From the NCBI GenBank assembly GCA_028247315.1, contig JAOKFZ010000002.1, positions 18,438 through 82,437 of the forward strand: DNA of 64,000 bases, read 5' to 3'. This document shows positions 9,572-19,898 of this stretch, one piece after another. This DNA comes from Bacteroidia bacterium. GTDB lineage: Bacteria; Bacteroidota; Bacteroidia; NS11-12g; UBA9320. A program made the position numbers and the translations under genes. The notes under the pieces are model-generated. The model was not told the DNA's origin and searched no databases. It worked only from the letters and a program-made list of their open reading frames with translations. Numbering within the stretch: position 1 is the stretch's first letter; every line of letters starts with the position of its first letter.

Positions 9572-11023
9572 CTATTTTATTTTTTCAAATACATGAATTT
9601 CAAACTCCTTATTATTCAGGGTTATAATAGGTATTGCAGGTACTATACTGTATATCTTATTCCAGCTAGGATCGGTTTCTAGCGATTCTAGAGAGGTGCC
9701 GCTCTCATGTGGGCCAAAATGACCGTCCCAAATAAGAATATCTCCCTCTCGGGTATACTGTAAGCTACTCGCCCAAAAGTCTAAATGTTCTTTTTGGTCG
9801 TATGGATTTATATCTGCGAGTATAGAGAAATAGGGGTACAGATATATTTTTCTTCTTGCTTGAAAATCATGTGTTTCGTACCACACAGCTAGTTTCAGAT
9901 ATTCAGCTTGTTCGGCAGATATTTGCATCGGATACTTATAGGAGTAGTACCTGTACGGCACATAAAATGTATTGATTACCAAAAACAGCAAGGTAAACTG
10001 CCTTACTATTTTGGCTCTAGCTCCTATGTAAGTATCATTATTCTTAAACAAATAGTTGAACCCATAGACCATGAGAATAGATGCCAGTGGTGCTATTACC
10101 ACCATTACACGTACATAACCACAACTTCCCATTTTGCCAAACCACCATATGCCAACGTGGCTGCCAAAATAGAGTGCAAAACAGAGAAGGATAAGTCCAA
10201 TACCCATATCTGTTTTCCAACCCTTAGTAATGGAGCGAATCGCATAAAAAATGCCACCCAACGCAGCAAGTAATGAGGCGATCAATCCAAATGTGTAGTG
10301 TCCTGCATAAAAATAATGAAATAGGCCACCGCTACCACATATGTTTCTTCCTGACAGTTCAAAGTTGATATACGGATTGGAAGTGATAACCCAAAAGGCT
10401 TCGCCCTCTATTGCCCACCCAAGTATATTAAAAACTAGACTACCTACAAATGCATAGGCCAGTGTTTGGTATCTCTTGTCTACTACGATTAGAAAAAAAG
10501 CAATGGCAAAGAGTATGATGAATCCCTCTGAGCGAGCAAATGGTAAGAGACCAGCAAGCACTGCTGATGCTACGTATTTCTTGTCGATGTATAAATATAA
10601 CGTAAGTATGACCAATAGAGCACACAGTGGCTCGGTAATGGCTGAAATAGTATTGTCTAAAAAAATAGGAGAGGTGAGTGTAAAAATGTATCCCAGCCAA
10701 GCATACCGCAGGTTCAGTTTTTGAATAATTTTGTATACCAGAACGGAGCAACCCAATAAAGATAGCATATTGAGCAGTATAGCTCCTGGTATACCAAACT
10801 GAACAAATGGAGATGCTATTAGGTTGTAAATAGGCTTGCCCCATTGGTCTAAAAATAAGGAGGGATAAGACCACGAGTGTCTAGCAATAAGATAATGATT
10901 GTAAGAGTCCATTCCTCCTGAAATTCCAGGAGAGATGTAGGCTACATAGCTTATGAAGGAAAAAACGGCAATAGTCAGGATGGCTAGTGTTGGTACCTCC
11001 CGATTGCGATTTTTTATGTTCAT
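9572..11023 (-). CDS. Polytopic membrane protein, possible GT-C-type glycosyltransferase (PMT/ArnT-like)
   Basis: 483 aa with about 12 predicted TM helices and a C-terminal soluble domain. No firm motif assignment. Confidence 0.45.
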   Translation of the reverse strand: MNIKNRNREVPTLAILTIAVFSFISYVAYISPGISGGMDSYNHYLIARHSWSYPSLFLDQWGKPIYNLIASPFVQFGIPGAILLNMLSLLGCSVLVYKIIQKLNLRYAWLGYIFTLTSPIFLDNTISAITEPLCALLVILTLYLYIDKKYVASAVLAGLLPFARSEGFIILFAIAFFLIVVDKRYQTLAYAFVGSLVFNILGWAIEGEAFWVITSNPYINFELSGRNICGSGGLFHYFYAGHYTFGLIASLLAALGGIFYAIRSITKGWKTDMGIGLILLCFALYFGSHVGIWWFGKMGSCGYVRVMVVIAPLASILMVYGFNYLFKNNDTYIGARAKIVRQFTLLFLVINTFYVPYRYYSYKYPMQISAEQAEYLKLAVWYETHDFQARRKIYLYPYFSILADINPYDQKEHLDFWASSLQYTREGDILIWDGHFGPHESGTSLESLETDPSWNKIYSIVPAIPIITLNNKEFEIHVFEKIK

Positions 11024-11029
11024 TATAAA

Positions 11030-12130
11030 TCAGTAAGTAGACTGCACATTAAGGATATCGTCTATACGTTTTTGAGCAATTAATGTTGCGGCTTTTTGCG
11101 TATGTATATTTTCCTCATCTGCAAGGTTAAAAATGTTCAAGGTAGTGTCGTAAATGTTTTCAGTATCTCTCATCGCATTTTCGCGATTGTAGCCTATTAC
11201 TTCAGAGTAAACGTTTATTAAACCTCCGGCATTGATTAAGAAATCGGGTGCATATAGCAATCCTTTTTCTTTTATCATCACACCATGCTTTTCTTCTATA
11301 GCCAGTTGGTTGTTTGCGGCACCTGCTATTATGTCACAATTTAGTGCATTTATATTTTTAGTATTTAGAATAGCACCAAGTGCACATGGTGCAAAAATAT
11401 CTACGTCTAATCCGTAGATATCATCTCCGCTCACCACAGTGGCACCATATTCAGCAACAGCATGCTTCAAACTACCCTCGTTTATATCCGATACTGTTGC
11501 TATGCCATCTTCTTTAGTTATTAGTTCTAGTAGGTGCATGCCTACTTTACCAATACCTTGTATGGCAATTTGTTTACCCTTCAAACTGTCAGACCCATAA
11601 GCCTTTTTAGCACTAGCTTTCATTCCTATGTACGTACCATATGCAGTTACTGGAGAAGGATCTCCGCCACCGCCCATACTCTCAGGTAAACCAGCTACAC
11701 TATCTGTGCTCATTTTTACATACTCCATATCCTTGGTAGTAGTTCCTACATCCTCTGCAGTGATATATTTACCGTTCAGGTTTTCTATAAACCGACCAAA
11801 TTTACGCATTAGTGCTTCAGACTTGTCTTTCTTGGCATCGCCAATTATTACGGCCTTCGCTCCCCCAAGATTTAATCCTGATATGGCTGCTTTGTATGTC
11901 ATACCGCGAGATAGACGGAGTACATCATTTAGAGCTTCTGCCTCTGTGGCATAATTCCACATACGTGTACCACCAAGACCTGGTCCAAGCACTGTATTGT
12001 GAATGGCTATTATTGCTTTTAGACCAGTAGCATTATCGTTACAAAACACTATTTGCTCGTGATTTGTTGATTCTACTTGAGCAAATAGCCCGTCCTTAGT
12101 TTCGTAGGTTTCTTGGGATGTAACATTCAT
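11030..12130 (-). CDS. Leucine (Glu/Leu/Phe/Val family) dehydrogenase
   Basis: 366 aa. Has the GGAK catalytic-Lys motif and an NAD-binding GxGxVG (GIGKVG). Confidence 0.85.
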   Translation of the reverse strand: MNVTSQETYETKDGLFAQVESTNHEQIVFCNDNATGLKAIIAIHNTVLGPGLGGTRMWNYATEAEALNDVLRLSRGMTYKAAISGLNLGGAKAVIIGDAKKDKSEALMRKFGRFIENLNGKYITAEDVGTTTKDMEYVKMSTDSVAGLPESMGGGGDPSPVTAYGTYIGMKASAKKAYGSDSLKGKQIAIQGIGKVGMHLLELITKEDGIATVSDINEGSLKHAVAEYGATVVSGDDIYGLDVDIFAPCALGAILNTKNINALNCDIIAGAANNQLAIEEKHGVMIKEKGLLYAPDFLINAGGLINVYSEVIGYNRENAMRDTENIYDTTLNIFNLADEENIHTQKAATLIAQKRIDDILNVQSTY

Positions 12131-12203
12131 TGTAATTTGGTTTTATATAATGCTAGATTTGCTGCAAAAGTAAAATTAATTTTAACTTGTTAAATAACGA
12201 ATA

Positions 12204-13985
12204 TTGAAGTCTCTTTTCTCCTTACGCAAATACATACTACGTTACAAAAAATATATTTTACTCGGATTTATTTTTATCTTATTGTCCAATGTATTTGCGG
12301 TAGTGATACCTCCCATAGTGAGAGAAAGTGTAGATGGTGTAAAGCTTTTGGTAGATAAAGGCGAACTGCCGTCATTTGCTCAGGATTTGCCCGCTTTTTT
12401 TCAGACATCGTCAGGCCTGGCACTATTTGCAGGATTACTTGTTTTGGGTTTTGCTTTGCTCAAAGGACTTTGTATGTTCTTCATGCGGATGACTATTATC
12501 ATCATGTCGAGGCACATAGAGTACGAGCAGAAAAACGATATTTTTAAGCATTATCAGAAATTAGGCCAAGGATTTTATGGTAAAAATTATACGGGTGACC
12601 TTATGAATAGGATAAGTGATGATGTGAGTAAGGTTCGCATGTTCACAGGGCCTGCTATCATGTATTCACTCAACCTTTCGTGTATGATTATCATGGTATT
12701 GAGCCTGATGTTCTACACCAATGCGGAAATTACACTCTATGTTCTTATTCCGCTTCCAATATTGGCTATTACCATCTATCTGGTAAGCGATGCTATGAAT
12801 AAAAAAAGTGACAGGATTCAACGCAAGTTGTCCAATCTTACGTCGTACGCACAAGAGACCTTTGCCGGTATTCACGTTGTAAAATCCTATGCAGCAGAGG
12901 ATGACTACACGCTTGATTTTGAATCAATAAATGAAGAGTACAAGGATGATAATATTGCTCTTGTAAAGATAAATGGAGTCTTTATGCCAGCGGTAATGGG
13001 TTTGGTAGGGTTGAGTATTCTCATAACCGTATACATGGGTGGCAATGCAGTTGTAGACGGTGCGTTTAGCATAGGAAATATTGTAGAGTTTATTATTTAT
13101 GTAACCATGCTCACCTGGCCGGTTGCCAGTTTAGGATACGTCACCTCTCTAGTGCAACGTGGTGCTGCCTCACAAAAACGAATAGACGAGTTTATGAATG
13201 TAGAGCCTGATGAGGATAAAGGTAAAGAGTTAATTGCTAAATTGAGTAAGTCTATAGAATTCAATAACGTGTCATTCTGTTATCCAGAAACAGATGTATG
13301 GGTATTAAAAAATGTTTCGTTTGTTATAGAAGCCAACGAAAAATTTGGAATAATAGGTACTACAGGCAGTGGCAAGAGTACCATTGCTAAGCTATTAGTA
13401 GGTGTCTATAGACCTACTAAAGGAGCGATTATAGTAGATGGTCTTCCTATAGAGCAATACAATAGATCAAATCTTAACAAGCTATTTGGATACGTAGCTC
13501 AGGATGTTTTTTTGTTTTCAGAAACGTTAAGGGATAATATACTTTTCGGTAGTACAGATGCCACCGATGAGAAGAACTTGAAACGAGCCATAGCCTCTGC
13601 TTCTCTTGATATAGAAATAAATGGGTTTCCAAAAGGACTAGAAACCATATTAGGCGAGCGAGGAATTACGCTTAGTGGTGGGCAGAAACAACGTGCAGCT
13701 ATAGCTAGAGCCCTCGTAAAGGATCCAGAAATATTGCTTATCGATGATGGACTATCTGCTGTAGATACTAAAACAGAAGTAGCTATAAAAAACAGTTTAC
13801 ACGGTTGGAATAAATCCCAAACATTTATAAATATCAGCCATAGAGTATCGTCTGTACAGGATTGTAAGTACATTTTATTTCTAGACCATGGTACTATTAT
13901 AGAGCAAGGAAATCACACAGATATGATACGGCTAAAAGGATTATATGCAGACCTGTTTGACAAGCAAATGATGGTGGAAGACTAG
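12204..13985 (+). CDS. ABC transporter, fused permease/ATP-binding subunit (MsbA-like exporter)
   Basis: Six N-terminal TM helices followed by Walker A GTTGSGKST, the LSGGQKQR signature and Walker B ILLIDD. Apparent TTG start. Confidence 0.85.
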   Translation: MKSLFSLRKYILRYKKYILLGFIFILLSNVFAVVIPPIVRESVDGVKLLVDKGELPSFAQDLPAFFQTSSGLALFAGLLVLGFALLKGLCMFFMRMTIIIMSRHIEYEQKNDIFKHYQKLGQGFYGKNYTGDLMNRISDDVSKVRMFTGPAIMYSLNLSCMIIMVLSLMFYTNAEITLYVLIPLPILAITIYLVSDAMNKKSDRIQRKLSNLTSYAQETFAGIHVVKSYAAEDDYTLDFESINEEYKDDNIALVKINGVFMPAVMGLVGLSILITVYMGGNAVVDGAFSIGNIVEFIIYVTMLTWPVASLGYVTSLVQRGAASQKRIDEFMNVEPDEDKGKELIAKLSKSIEFNNVSFCYPETDVWVLKNVSFVIEANEKFGIIGTTGSGKSTIAKLLVGVYRPTKGAIIVDGLPIEQYNRSNLNKLFGYVAQDVFLFSETLRDNILFGSTDATDEKNLKRAIASASLDIEINGFPKGLETILGERGITLSGGQKQRAAIARALVKDPEILLIDDGLSAVDTKTEVAIKNSLHGWNKSQTFINISHRVSSVQDCKYILFLDHGTIIEQGNHTDMIRLKGLYADLFDKQMMVED

Positions 13986-14061
13986 GTGTCATATTTTACT
14001 TAAAGACGGGTTATTACTTTTTTTACTTTCTTTGTAAGATTAACATAAAACAAGCGAGTAG

Positions 14062-14361
14062 ATGGGAGAGTCAAATTATGACAGAGAGGAAGTTTTCTCA
14101 AAGAAAGTAAGGGCAGGAAAAAGAACCTATTTCTTTGATGTAAAAACCACAATGAAGGACGATTTCTACATCACCATAACCGAGAGTAAGAAGCGGTATG
14201 AAGATGGAGGATACGTAAAACACAAATTATTTTTGTACAAAGAGGATTTTAATAAGTTTTCTGAAGCATTTGCCGAAACGGTTAATTACGTCAAGAGTGA
14301 TTTGATGCCAGAATACGACTTTGATGAGTTTTCTCGTAAGGACGTAAACGACTCGCAATAG
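14062..14361 (+). CDS. DUF3276 (PUR-alpha-like nucleic-acid-binding) protein
   Basis: 99 aa with a KRTYFFDVK..DFYITITESKK pattern typical of Bacteroidota DUF3276. Confidence 0.6.
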   Translation: MGESNYDREEVFSKKVRAGKRTYFFDVKTTMKDDFYITITESKKRYEDGGYVKHKLFLYKEDFNKFSEAFAETVNYVKSDLMPEYDFDEFSRKDVNDSQ

Positions 14362-14392
14362 TAAAACTATACTTATTTCAGGATAGAAATTT

Positions 14393-14926
14393 ATGCAAAA
14401 ATCAATCTGGATTTTTGGGACAATTGCCGGCATATTATGTGCAGTGCTTGAATATCTCTTTTTTGGTGGTGAAGGTGGCAATGCCAACGTCATGTTCTTA
14501 GCCAAAATAGCTATACTGCTCATCTGTATTGTTGCTGGTCTTATTCTTATCCGAAAATTAATGGGAGGAGTCATTAGTATAGCCCGCACTATCATGAGCG
14601 GTGTGCTTATTTCCCTTGTACGTGCACTGGTTATGGTAATGGCCTTTGGGTTCTTATATTATCCAAATGGCAGTTTTTATAAAGCAAAAACACAAGAAGC
14701 TTGGGAACAAGCAGAGAAGAAAGTAGCCGTTGATGAAAAAATAAGACCTGCAGATAAACCAATGGAATTGGAAGTGATAAAAGAGCAAATTGCAGCATTG
14801 TACCGACCCCATGGATATACCATGATTACCATCGGAGGAAGTCTGATATCTGGTCTTATCATTGCCATACTTATGGCTGCTTTTATTGGTACCAATACCA
14901 TGTATAATGAGCCAACAAAACAATAA
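14393..14926 (+). CDS. Small membrane protein (DUF4199-like)
   Basis: 177 aa with 4 TM segments. Confidence 0.45.
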   Translation: MQKSIWIFGTIAGILCAVLEYLFFGGEGGNANVMFLAKIAILLICIVAGLILIRKLMGGVISIARTIMSGVLISLVRALVMVMAFGFLYYPNGSFYKAKTQEAWEQAEKKVAVDEKIRPADKPMELEVIKEQIAALYRPHGYTMITIGGSLISGLIIAILMAAFIGTNTMYNEPTKQ

Positions 14927-15328
14927 ATGGTAAAAATAGAAAGTAATAAGGCTACAATTCGTGTTTCTGCACAAGCGGTGTATGAATACTTGGCCGTTCC
15001 GCAAAACTACAAGATACTCATGCCCAGTAAAGTGAGAAGTTTTGAAGCTACAGCAGACTCTGCAACGTTAGAAATAGAAGGAATTGGTATAGTTGAGCTT
15101 GCCATAACAGAGCGTGTGTCTCCAACTAAAATAGTGATGCTTCCTCAAAATAAAGTACCCTTTAAGTTTGATATACAGTGGAGTATAGTAGCTCATGGCG
15201 AGCATACAGAAGTACAAGCGGTCATTAACGCAGACCTTAATTTTATGATGAAGATGATGGCCGAGGGGTTGCTCAAAGACTTCGTAAATGTACAAGTACA
15301 TAAACTTACAGAACACCTAAAAAAGTGA
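14927..15328 (+). CDS. SRPBCC (START/polyketide-cyclase-like) family protein
   Basis: 133 aa. The ATG overlaps the upstream stop (TAAATG). Confidence 0.45.
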   Translation: MVKIESNKATIRVSAQAVYEYLAVPQNYKILMPSKVRSFEATADSATLEIEGIGIVELAITERVSPTKIVMLPQNKVPFKFDIQWSIVAHGEHTEVQAVINADLNFMMKMMAEGLLKDFVNVQVHKLTEHLKK

Positions 15329-16065
15329 TAATTACGGCTCTCAAAAAACTTTGGACTATATATTTCTTTGTATGGTTTTTACTCCTGTTCCTGGTGCTGT
15401 ATCCGGCTTTTTTTGTTCTCCTGTCACAAAAAAAATGGTACAGAAAGGCTCATGCTTTGAGAAGACTATGGGGCGATGTGCTCATGGCTATCACTGGTCT
15501 AAGAGGAAAGGTAGAGTATGAAGTACCTTTAGATAGAGGAGCTACGTATGTATTTACACCCAATCACTTCTCTTATTTTGATATAGTGAGTGTAAATACC
15601 CAAATGCCACATTTTTTTAGTTTCATGGCAAAGAAGGAACTAGCCAGTATTCCATTGTTCCGCATTTTCTTTAGGACGATAGACATGCCCGTGGACAGAA
15701 AAAATAAGGAAGGGGCAAAGCGAGCATATTACTTAGCACACAAAAAATTAAAAAATGGTATTAGTCTACTCAATTTCCCAGAAGGGGGAATCGGTCCGCA
15801 AGTACCCGAAATGCGTAAATTTAAACTGGGTCCTTTTAAGCTAGCTATGGAGCACGGTTTGGATGTTGTGCCGATAACGCTACCAGACAATTGGAAACGA
15901 TTGCCTTGTGGAGAATTTATCCCTGCAGGTAGTCCAGGTAAGATGCGAATGTTTGTTCATCGACCAATTCCTACCAAAAATCTAAAATCTGGAGATGAAG
16001 TAGAGCTGGCAGAACGTGTTTATGCTATAATTGAAAATAAATTTAATGAAATGAACGGCTTATGA
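15325..16065 (+). CDS. plsC: 1-acyl-sn-glycerol-3-phosphate acyltransferase
   Basis: HX4D-like block (FTPNHFSYFD) and FPEGG motif, with an N-terminal TM helix. Confidence 0.8.
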   Translation: MIITALKKLWTIYFFVWFLLLFLVLYPAFFVLLSQKKWYRKAHALRRLWGDVLMAITGLRGKVEYEVPLDRGATYVFTPNHFSYFDIVSVNTQMPHFFSFMAKKELASIPLFRIFFRTIDMPVDRKNKEGAKRAYYLAHKKLKNGISLLNFPEGGIGPQVPEMRKFKLGPFKLAMEHGLDVVPITLPDNWKRLPCGEFIPAGSPGKMRMFVHRPIPTKNLKSGDEVELAERVYAIIENKFNEMNGL

Positions 16066-16352
16066 GCATATCTGATAAGAAAATAGATGAGTTGGCACAC
16101 CTTGCTAGACTCGAATTTAGTGCTACCGAGAAAGAAGCCATAAAAGGGGACTTAGACCGAATAATTGATTTTTGTGACAAACTAAAAGAGGTAGATACGA
16201 GTGGTGTAGAGCCGCTTATATACCTAAGCCAAGAGCAAACGGTATTGCGTGAAGATGTGGCAAAACAATTACTTTCAAAACAAGAAGCACTAAAAAACTC
16301 TCCATCAGCGGATTCAGATTATTTCAAAGTGCCTAAAGTAATTACGAAGTAA
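16062..16352 (+). CDS. gatC: Asp-tRNA(Asn)/Glu-tRNA(Gln) amidotransferase subunit C
   Basis: 96 aa. GatC-like [10 protein letters not shown] start. Confidence 0.85.
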   Translation: MSISDKKIDELAHLARLEFSATEKEAIKGDLDRIIDFCDKLKEVDTSGVEPLIYLSQEQTVLREDVAKQLLSKQEALKNSPSADSDYFKVPKVITK

Positions 16353-17035
16353 TGGCACTTATTTACCTCGAGAATATATTTAAAACCTATCAGATGGGTA
16401 CTACACAGATTAACGCATTGAATGGCTTAAACTGTGAAATAGGTAAAGGGGAATACGTAGCTTTAATGGGTCCCTCTGGCTCTGGAAAGTCTACGCTCAT
16501 GAACGTTATCGGTTGTCTTGACTCACCCACGTCAGGTGCATATTCACTGAACGGAAATGACGTAAGCAAAATGTCTGATGACGATCTTGCACAGGTCAGG
16601 AATGTAGAAATTGGTTTTGTTTTTCAATCGTTTAATCTCTTGCCTAGAACCAGTGCGTTAGAAAATGTTGCACTACCTTTGGTATATGCTGGTGTAAGTA
16701 AAAAAGAACGACTCAAACGGGCACAATTAGTTTTAGAAAAAGTAGGTTTAGGTGATAGAGGGGACCATAAACCAAATGAATTAAGTGGCGGTCAGCGTCA
16801 GCGAGTGGCTATAGCTCGTGCACTTATCAATAACCCGAGTATTGTATTGGCTGATGAGCCAACAGGGAACCTAGATAGTGCGAGTAGTTTAGAGATAATG
16901 AATCTCTTTGAAGAAATACATGCTGAGGGGAATACCGTAGTAATGGTAACCCACGAAGAAGATATAGCAAAGTATGCAAAACGTACTATTCGTATGATTG
17001 ATGGAAAACTTGCTACGCAGTTGTCTGTTACATAA
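16352..17035 (+). CDS. ABC transporter ATP-binding protein (LolD/MacB-type)
   Basis: Walker [18 protein letters not shown], Walker [12 protein letters not shown]. No adjacent permease gene. Confidence 0.85.
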   Translation: MALIYLENIFKTYQMGTTQINALNGLNCEIGKGEYVALMGPSGSGKSTLMNVIGCLDSPTSGAYSLNGNDVSKMSDDDLAQVRNVEIGFVFQSFNLLPRTSALENVALPLVYAGVSKKERLKRAQLVLEKVGLGDRGDHKPNELSGGQRQRVAIARALINNPSIVLADEPTGNLDSASSLEIMNLFEEIHAEGNTVVMVTHEEDIAKYAKRTIRMIDGKLATQLSVT

Positions 17036-17056
17036 CCAAGATAGTACATAGTAAAG

Positions 17057-17587
17057 ATGAAAATTTATACGAAAACAGGAGATACCGGACAAACCTCTCT
17101 TGTAGGAGGAACACGTGTGAGCAAGGCTAATAACAAAATAGAAGCATATGGTACGGTAGATGAGCTTAATTCCTCGTTAGGAGTGATTGCTGCTTCTCAC
17201 CGCGAGTATTCAGACTTTATCAATAGCATTCAGCATAAACTGTTCAACATAGGAAGTACACTTGCCGCAGAAGAAAATATTGAGTTTGAGTTGCCGAGCA
17301 TTGATGCAGAAGACATCATAGTGTTAGAAAAAGAGATAGACAGATTGACCAAGCGGTTACCTCGACTAAAAAACTTCATATTGCCGGGGGGGTCTATTTT
17401 GAGTGCCTACACACACATGTCGCGATGCATCTGCCGCAGGGCAGAAAGAAGAGTAGTAGAATTAGAAGACCAAGACTACGTTATCCATATCCAATACCTC
17501 AATAGGTTGAGTGATTACCTTTTTATCTTGAGCAGAGAGTTCCTCAGATTAGAAGAAAAGGAAGAAATTATCTGGAAACAAGATTAG
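17057..17587 (+). CDS. Cob(I)yrinic acid a,c-diamide / ATP:cob(I)alamin adenosyltransferase, PduO-type
   Basis: Canonical PduO-type start MKIYTKTGDTGQTSL. Confidence 0.85.
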   Translation: MKIYTKTGDTGQTSLVGGTRVSKANNKIEAYGTVDELNSSLGVIAASHREYSDFINSIQHKLFNIGSTLAAEENIEFELPSIDAEDIIVLEKEIDRLTKRLPRLKNFILPGGSILSAYTHMSRCICRRAERRVVELEDQDYVIHIQYLNRLSDYLFILSREFLRLEEKEEIIWKQD

Positions 17588-17592
17588 GAAGA

Positions 17593-18315
17593 CTACTGTC
17601 TTCCGTACATCATCTTTTCTAGTTCCATAAGTACGTAGCGAGGCATTTCAAACTGCTCGAATTCTTCTATACTCATTTTCAGGTATTTTACTGCCGTGTT
17701 CACATCCTGCTTTCTTTCCAGAGAATTGTTGCCCAACAAGAAAAGAGTTGCTGCTTTCATGGGTACGAGTTGCTGTACACCAGATACAGGACCAGGCATA
17801 GGAACCATAGTAGCTGCTACAGTAGAATCCGTTTCAACGAGAGAAAGAATAGTCGTACTCAAGCTATCAAACATGAATTGATTGCCGTTTTCGTATTGTA
17901 TGACAAGTTTTTGGTACAAGTATTTGTAGTCTCTGGTTTCCTCCATGAGGTTATTGATAAACTTCTCAGCCTTTTCTGTCTCACCAGTCTGTTGGTAAGC
18001 CAACGCCATGTTTTCTTTTAGTTTAGATCCCGCTTTACCTGCGTTGTATACCGATTCCGCATAGCGTATACCTGCGTCAAAATTTCCGTTTCGCATGTAT
18101 ATTCTAGACAATGAGTCCATGTAGTCTGTGTTGGTAGAGTCTATCAGTAGCATTTGATTTAAGGCCAACTTAATTGTCGTAGCATCTTTGTTTTCTATCC
18201 CTTGCTCATACAAGGCTGTATAATCTTTCAACTGTTGGCTTTTATTACTACATGCTGCCAAAATAAGCAGTACAATAAGGATTAAAAATGGTGTTTTATT
18301 CATAATTGAAAACAA
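17593..18315 (-). CDS. TPR-like repeat lipoprotein
   Basis: Lipoprotein signal (..LAACS) and helical repeat content. Confidence 0.45.
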   Translation of the reverse strand: MFSIMNKTPFLILIVLLILAACSNKSQQLKDYTALYEQGIENKDATTIKLALNQMLLIDSTNTDYMDSLSRIYMRNGNFDAGIRYAESVYNAGKAGSKLKENMALAYQQTGETEKAEKFINNLMEETRDYKYLYQKLVIQYENGNQFMFDSLSTTILSLVETDSTVAATMVPMPGPVSGVQQLVPMKAATLFLLGNNSLERKQDVNTAVKYLKMSIEEFEQFEMPRYVLMELEKMMYGRQ

Positions 18316-18522
18316 AAATATGTATAATAATTGGTGTAAAATAAAAAAAATACATTTAAGCGATTAAGCCATTTAAAGTTCTATATATACGTTTTGGGGA
18401 AGTAATTAGAACTTGAGGAGAATAGAATTTATTCGAATACTATTCATGTGGTACATAAACTCACGTATAGATTTATCAGATGAAGAAGTTGACGCTATTA
18501 CACGAAAGGTGATTAAAGTATT

Positions 18523-18552
18523 TTGGTGGCCTTTGTTTTATGATAAATTTGC
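18523..18552 (+). promoter_or_regulatory. Candidate Bacteroidetes sigma-A promoter for ffh: TTG (-33) – 19 bp – TAAATTTG (-7)
   Basis: ttggtggcctttgttttatgaTAAATTTG matches the TAnnTTTG consensus with a TTG at the appropriate spacing. Confidence 0.4.
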
Positions 18553-18572
18553 ATCCAAATAGTACTTTATAC

Positions 18573-19895
18573 ATGTTCGAAAATTTATCCAATCGGTTAG
18601 ACAAAGCATTCCAAACCCTCAAAGGGCACGCTACCCTTACAGAACTCAATATAGCAGAGACTGTAAAAGAAATAAGAAGAGCATTGGTAGATGCAGATGT
18701 AAGCTACAAAATAGCGAAAGATTTCACCAACACTATTAAGGAAAAGGCTATAGGTCAAAATGTACTTACGAGTGTTTCGCCAGGTCAGTTGATGACCAAG
18801 ATAGTAAATGATGAGCTAAAAGAGCTATTAGGAGGAACAACACAACCCCTAGACCTTACCGGTAACCCTACGGTAATATTGATTGCAGGATTACAAGGGT
18901 CGGGTAAGACTACTTTCTCAGGTAAAATAGCGGCACATCTAAAATCTAAAGGCAGAAGCCCACTACTCGTAGCGTGCGATGTATACAGGCCCGCAGCTAT
19001 TAATCAAATAAAAGTGCTTGGTGAGCAAGTGGGCGTACCTGTTTTTGCTAATGAAGAAAATAAAAATCCTGTAAGCATTGCTAACGATGCTATAAAACAT
19101 GCTAAGATAAATCAACACAACGTAGTCATTATAGATACTGCAGGAAGACTGAGTGTAGATGAGAAGATGATGACCGAGATAGGTAGTCTCAAACAAGAAC
19201 TTAACCCGCAAGAGATCCTCTTTGTGGTAGATGCCATGACGGGTCAAGATGCGGTGAACACTGCTAAAGCATTCAATGATAAGTTAGATTTTGACGGAGT
19301 GGTACTCACCAAGCTGGACGGTGATACACGCGGTGGTGCAGCTATATCCATAAAAACGGTAGTCAATAAACCTATAAAGTACTTAAGTACCGGTGAAAAG
19401 ATGGATGCCTTGGATGTGTTTCATCCCGATCGTATGGCAAACCGTATCTTAGGAATGGGTGACATTGTCTCTTTTGTAGAGAAAGCACAACAAACCTTTG
19501 ACAAAGATGAGGCTGCTCAGTTACAGAAGAAAATGCGTAAAAATCAATTTGATTTTGACGATTTCTTGAAGCAACTGAATCAAATAAAGAAAATGGGTAA
19601 TATCAAAGACCTTATGGGGATGATACCCGGAGTTGGTAAAGCGATAAAAGATGTAGATATAGATGATGACAGTTTTAAGGGCATAGAGGCTATTATAAAG
19701 AGTATGACGAAGTACGAGCGTCAAAACCCACAGATACTGGATGGTAGTCGCAAAAAACGAGTTGCACAAGGTAGTGGTACATCTACTGCTGAAGTCAACA
19801 AGTTGGTAAAACAGTTTGACGAAATGCGTAAGATGATGAAAGCGATGAACAGCGGTAAAGGCACTCGTGGCGGTAAAAATCCATTCAAAAGATAA
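18573..19895 (+). CDS. ffh: Signal recognition particle protein Ffh
   Basis: NG domain with GLQGSGKTT, DTAGR, TKLDG, plus an M-domain with a Met-rich C-terminus. The start is likely MFENLS, downstream of the track start. Confidence 0.95.
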   Translation: MFENLSNRLDKAFQTLKGHATLTELNIAETVKEIRRALVDADVSYKIAKDFTNTIKEKAIGQNVLTSVSPGQLMTKIVNDELKELLGGTTQPLDLTGNPTVILIAGLQGSGKTTFSGKIAAHLKSKGRSPLLVACDVYRPAAINQIKVLGEQVGVPVFANEENKNPVSIANDAIKHAKINQHNVVIIDTAGRLSVDEKMMTEIGSLKQELNPQEILFVVDAMTGQDAVNTAKAFNDKLDFDGVVLTKLDGDTRGGAAISIKTVVNKPIKYLSTGEKMDALDVFHPDRMANRILGMGDIVSFVEKAQQTFDKDEAAQLQKKMRKNQFDFDDFLKQLNQIKKMGNIKDLMGMIPGVGKAIKDVDIDDDSFKGIEAIIKSMTKYERQNPQILDGSRKKRVAQGSGTSTAEVNKLVKQFDEMRKMMKAMNSGKGTRGGKNPFKR

Positions 19896-19898
19896 CTA

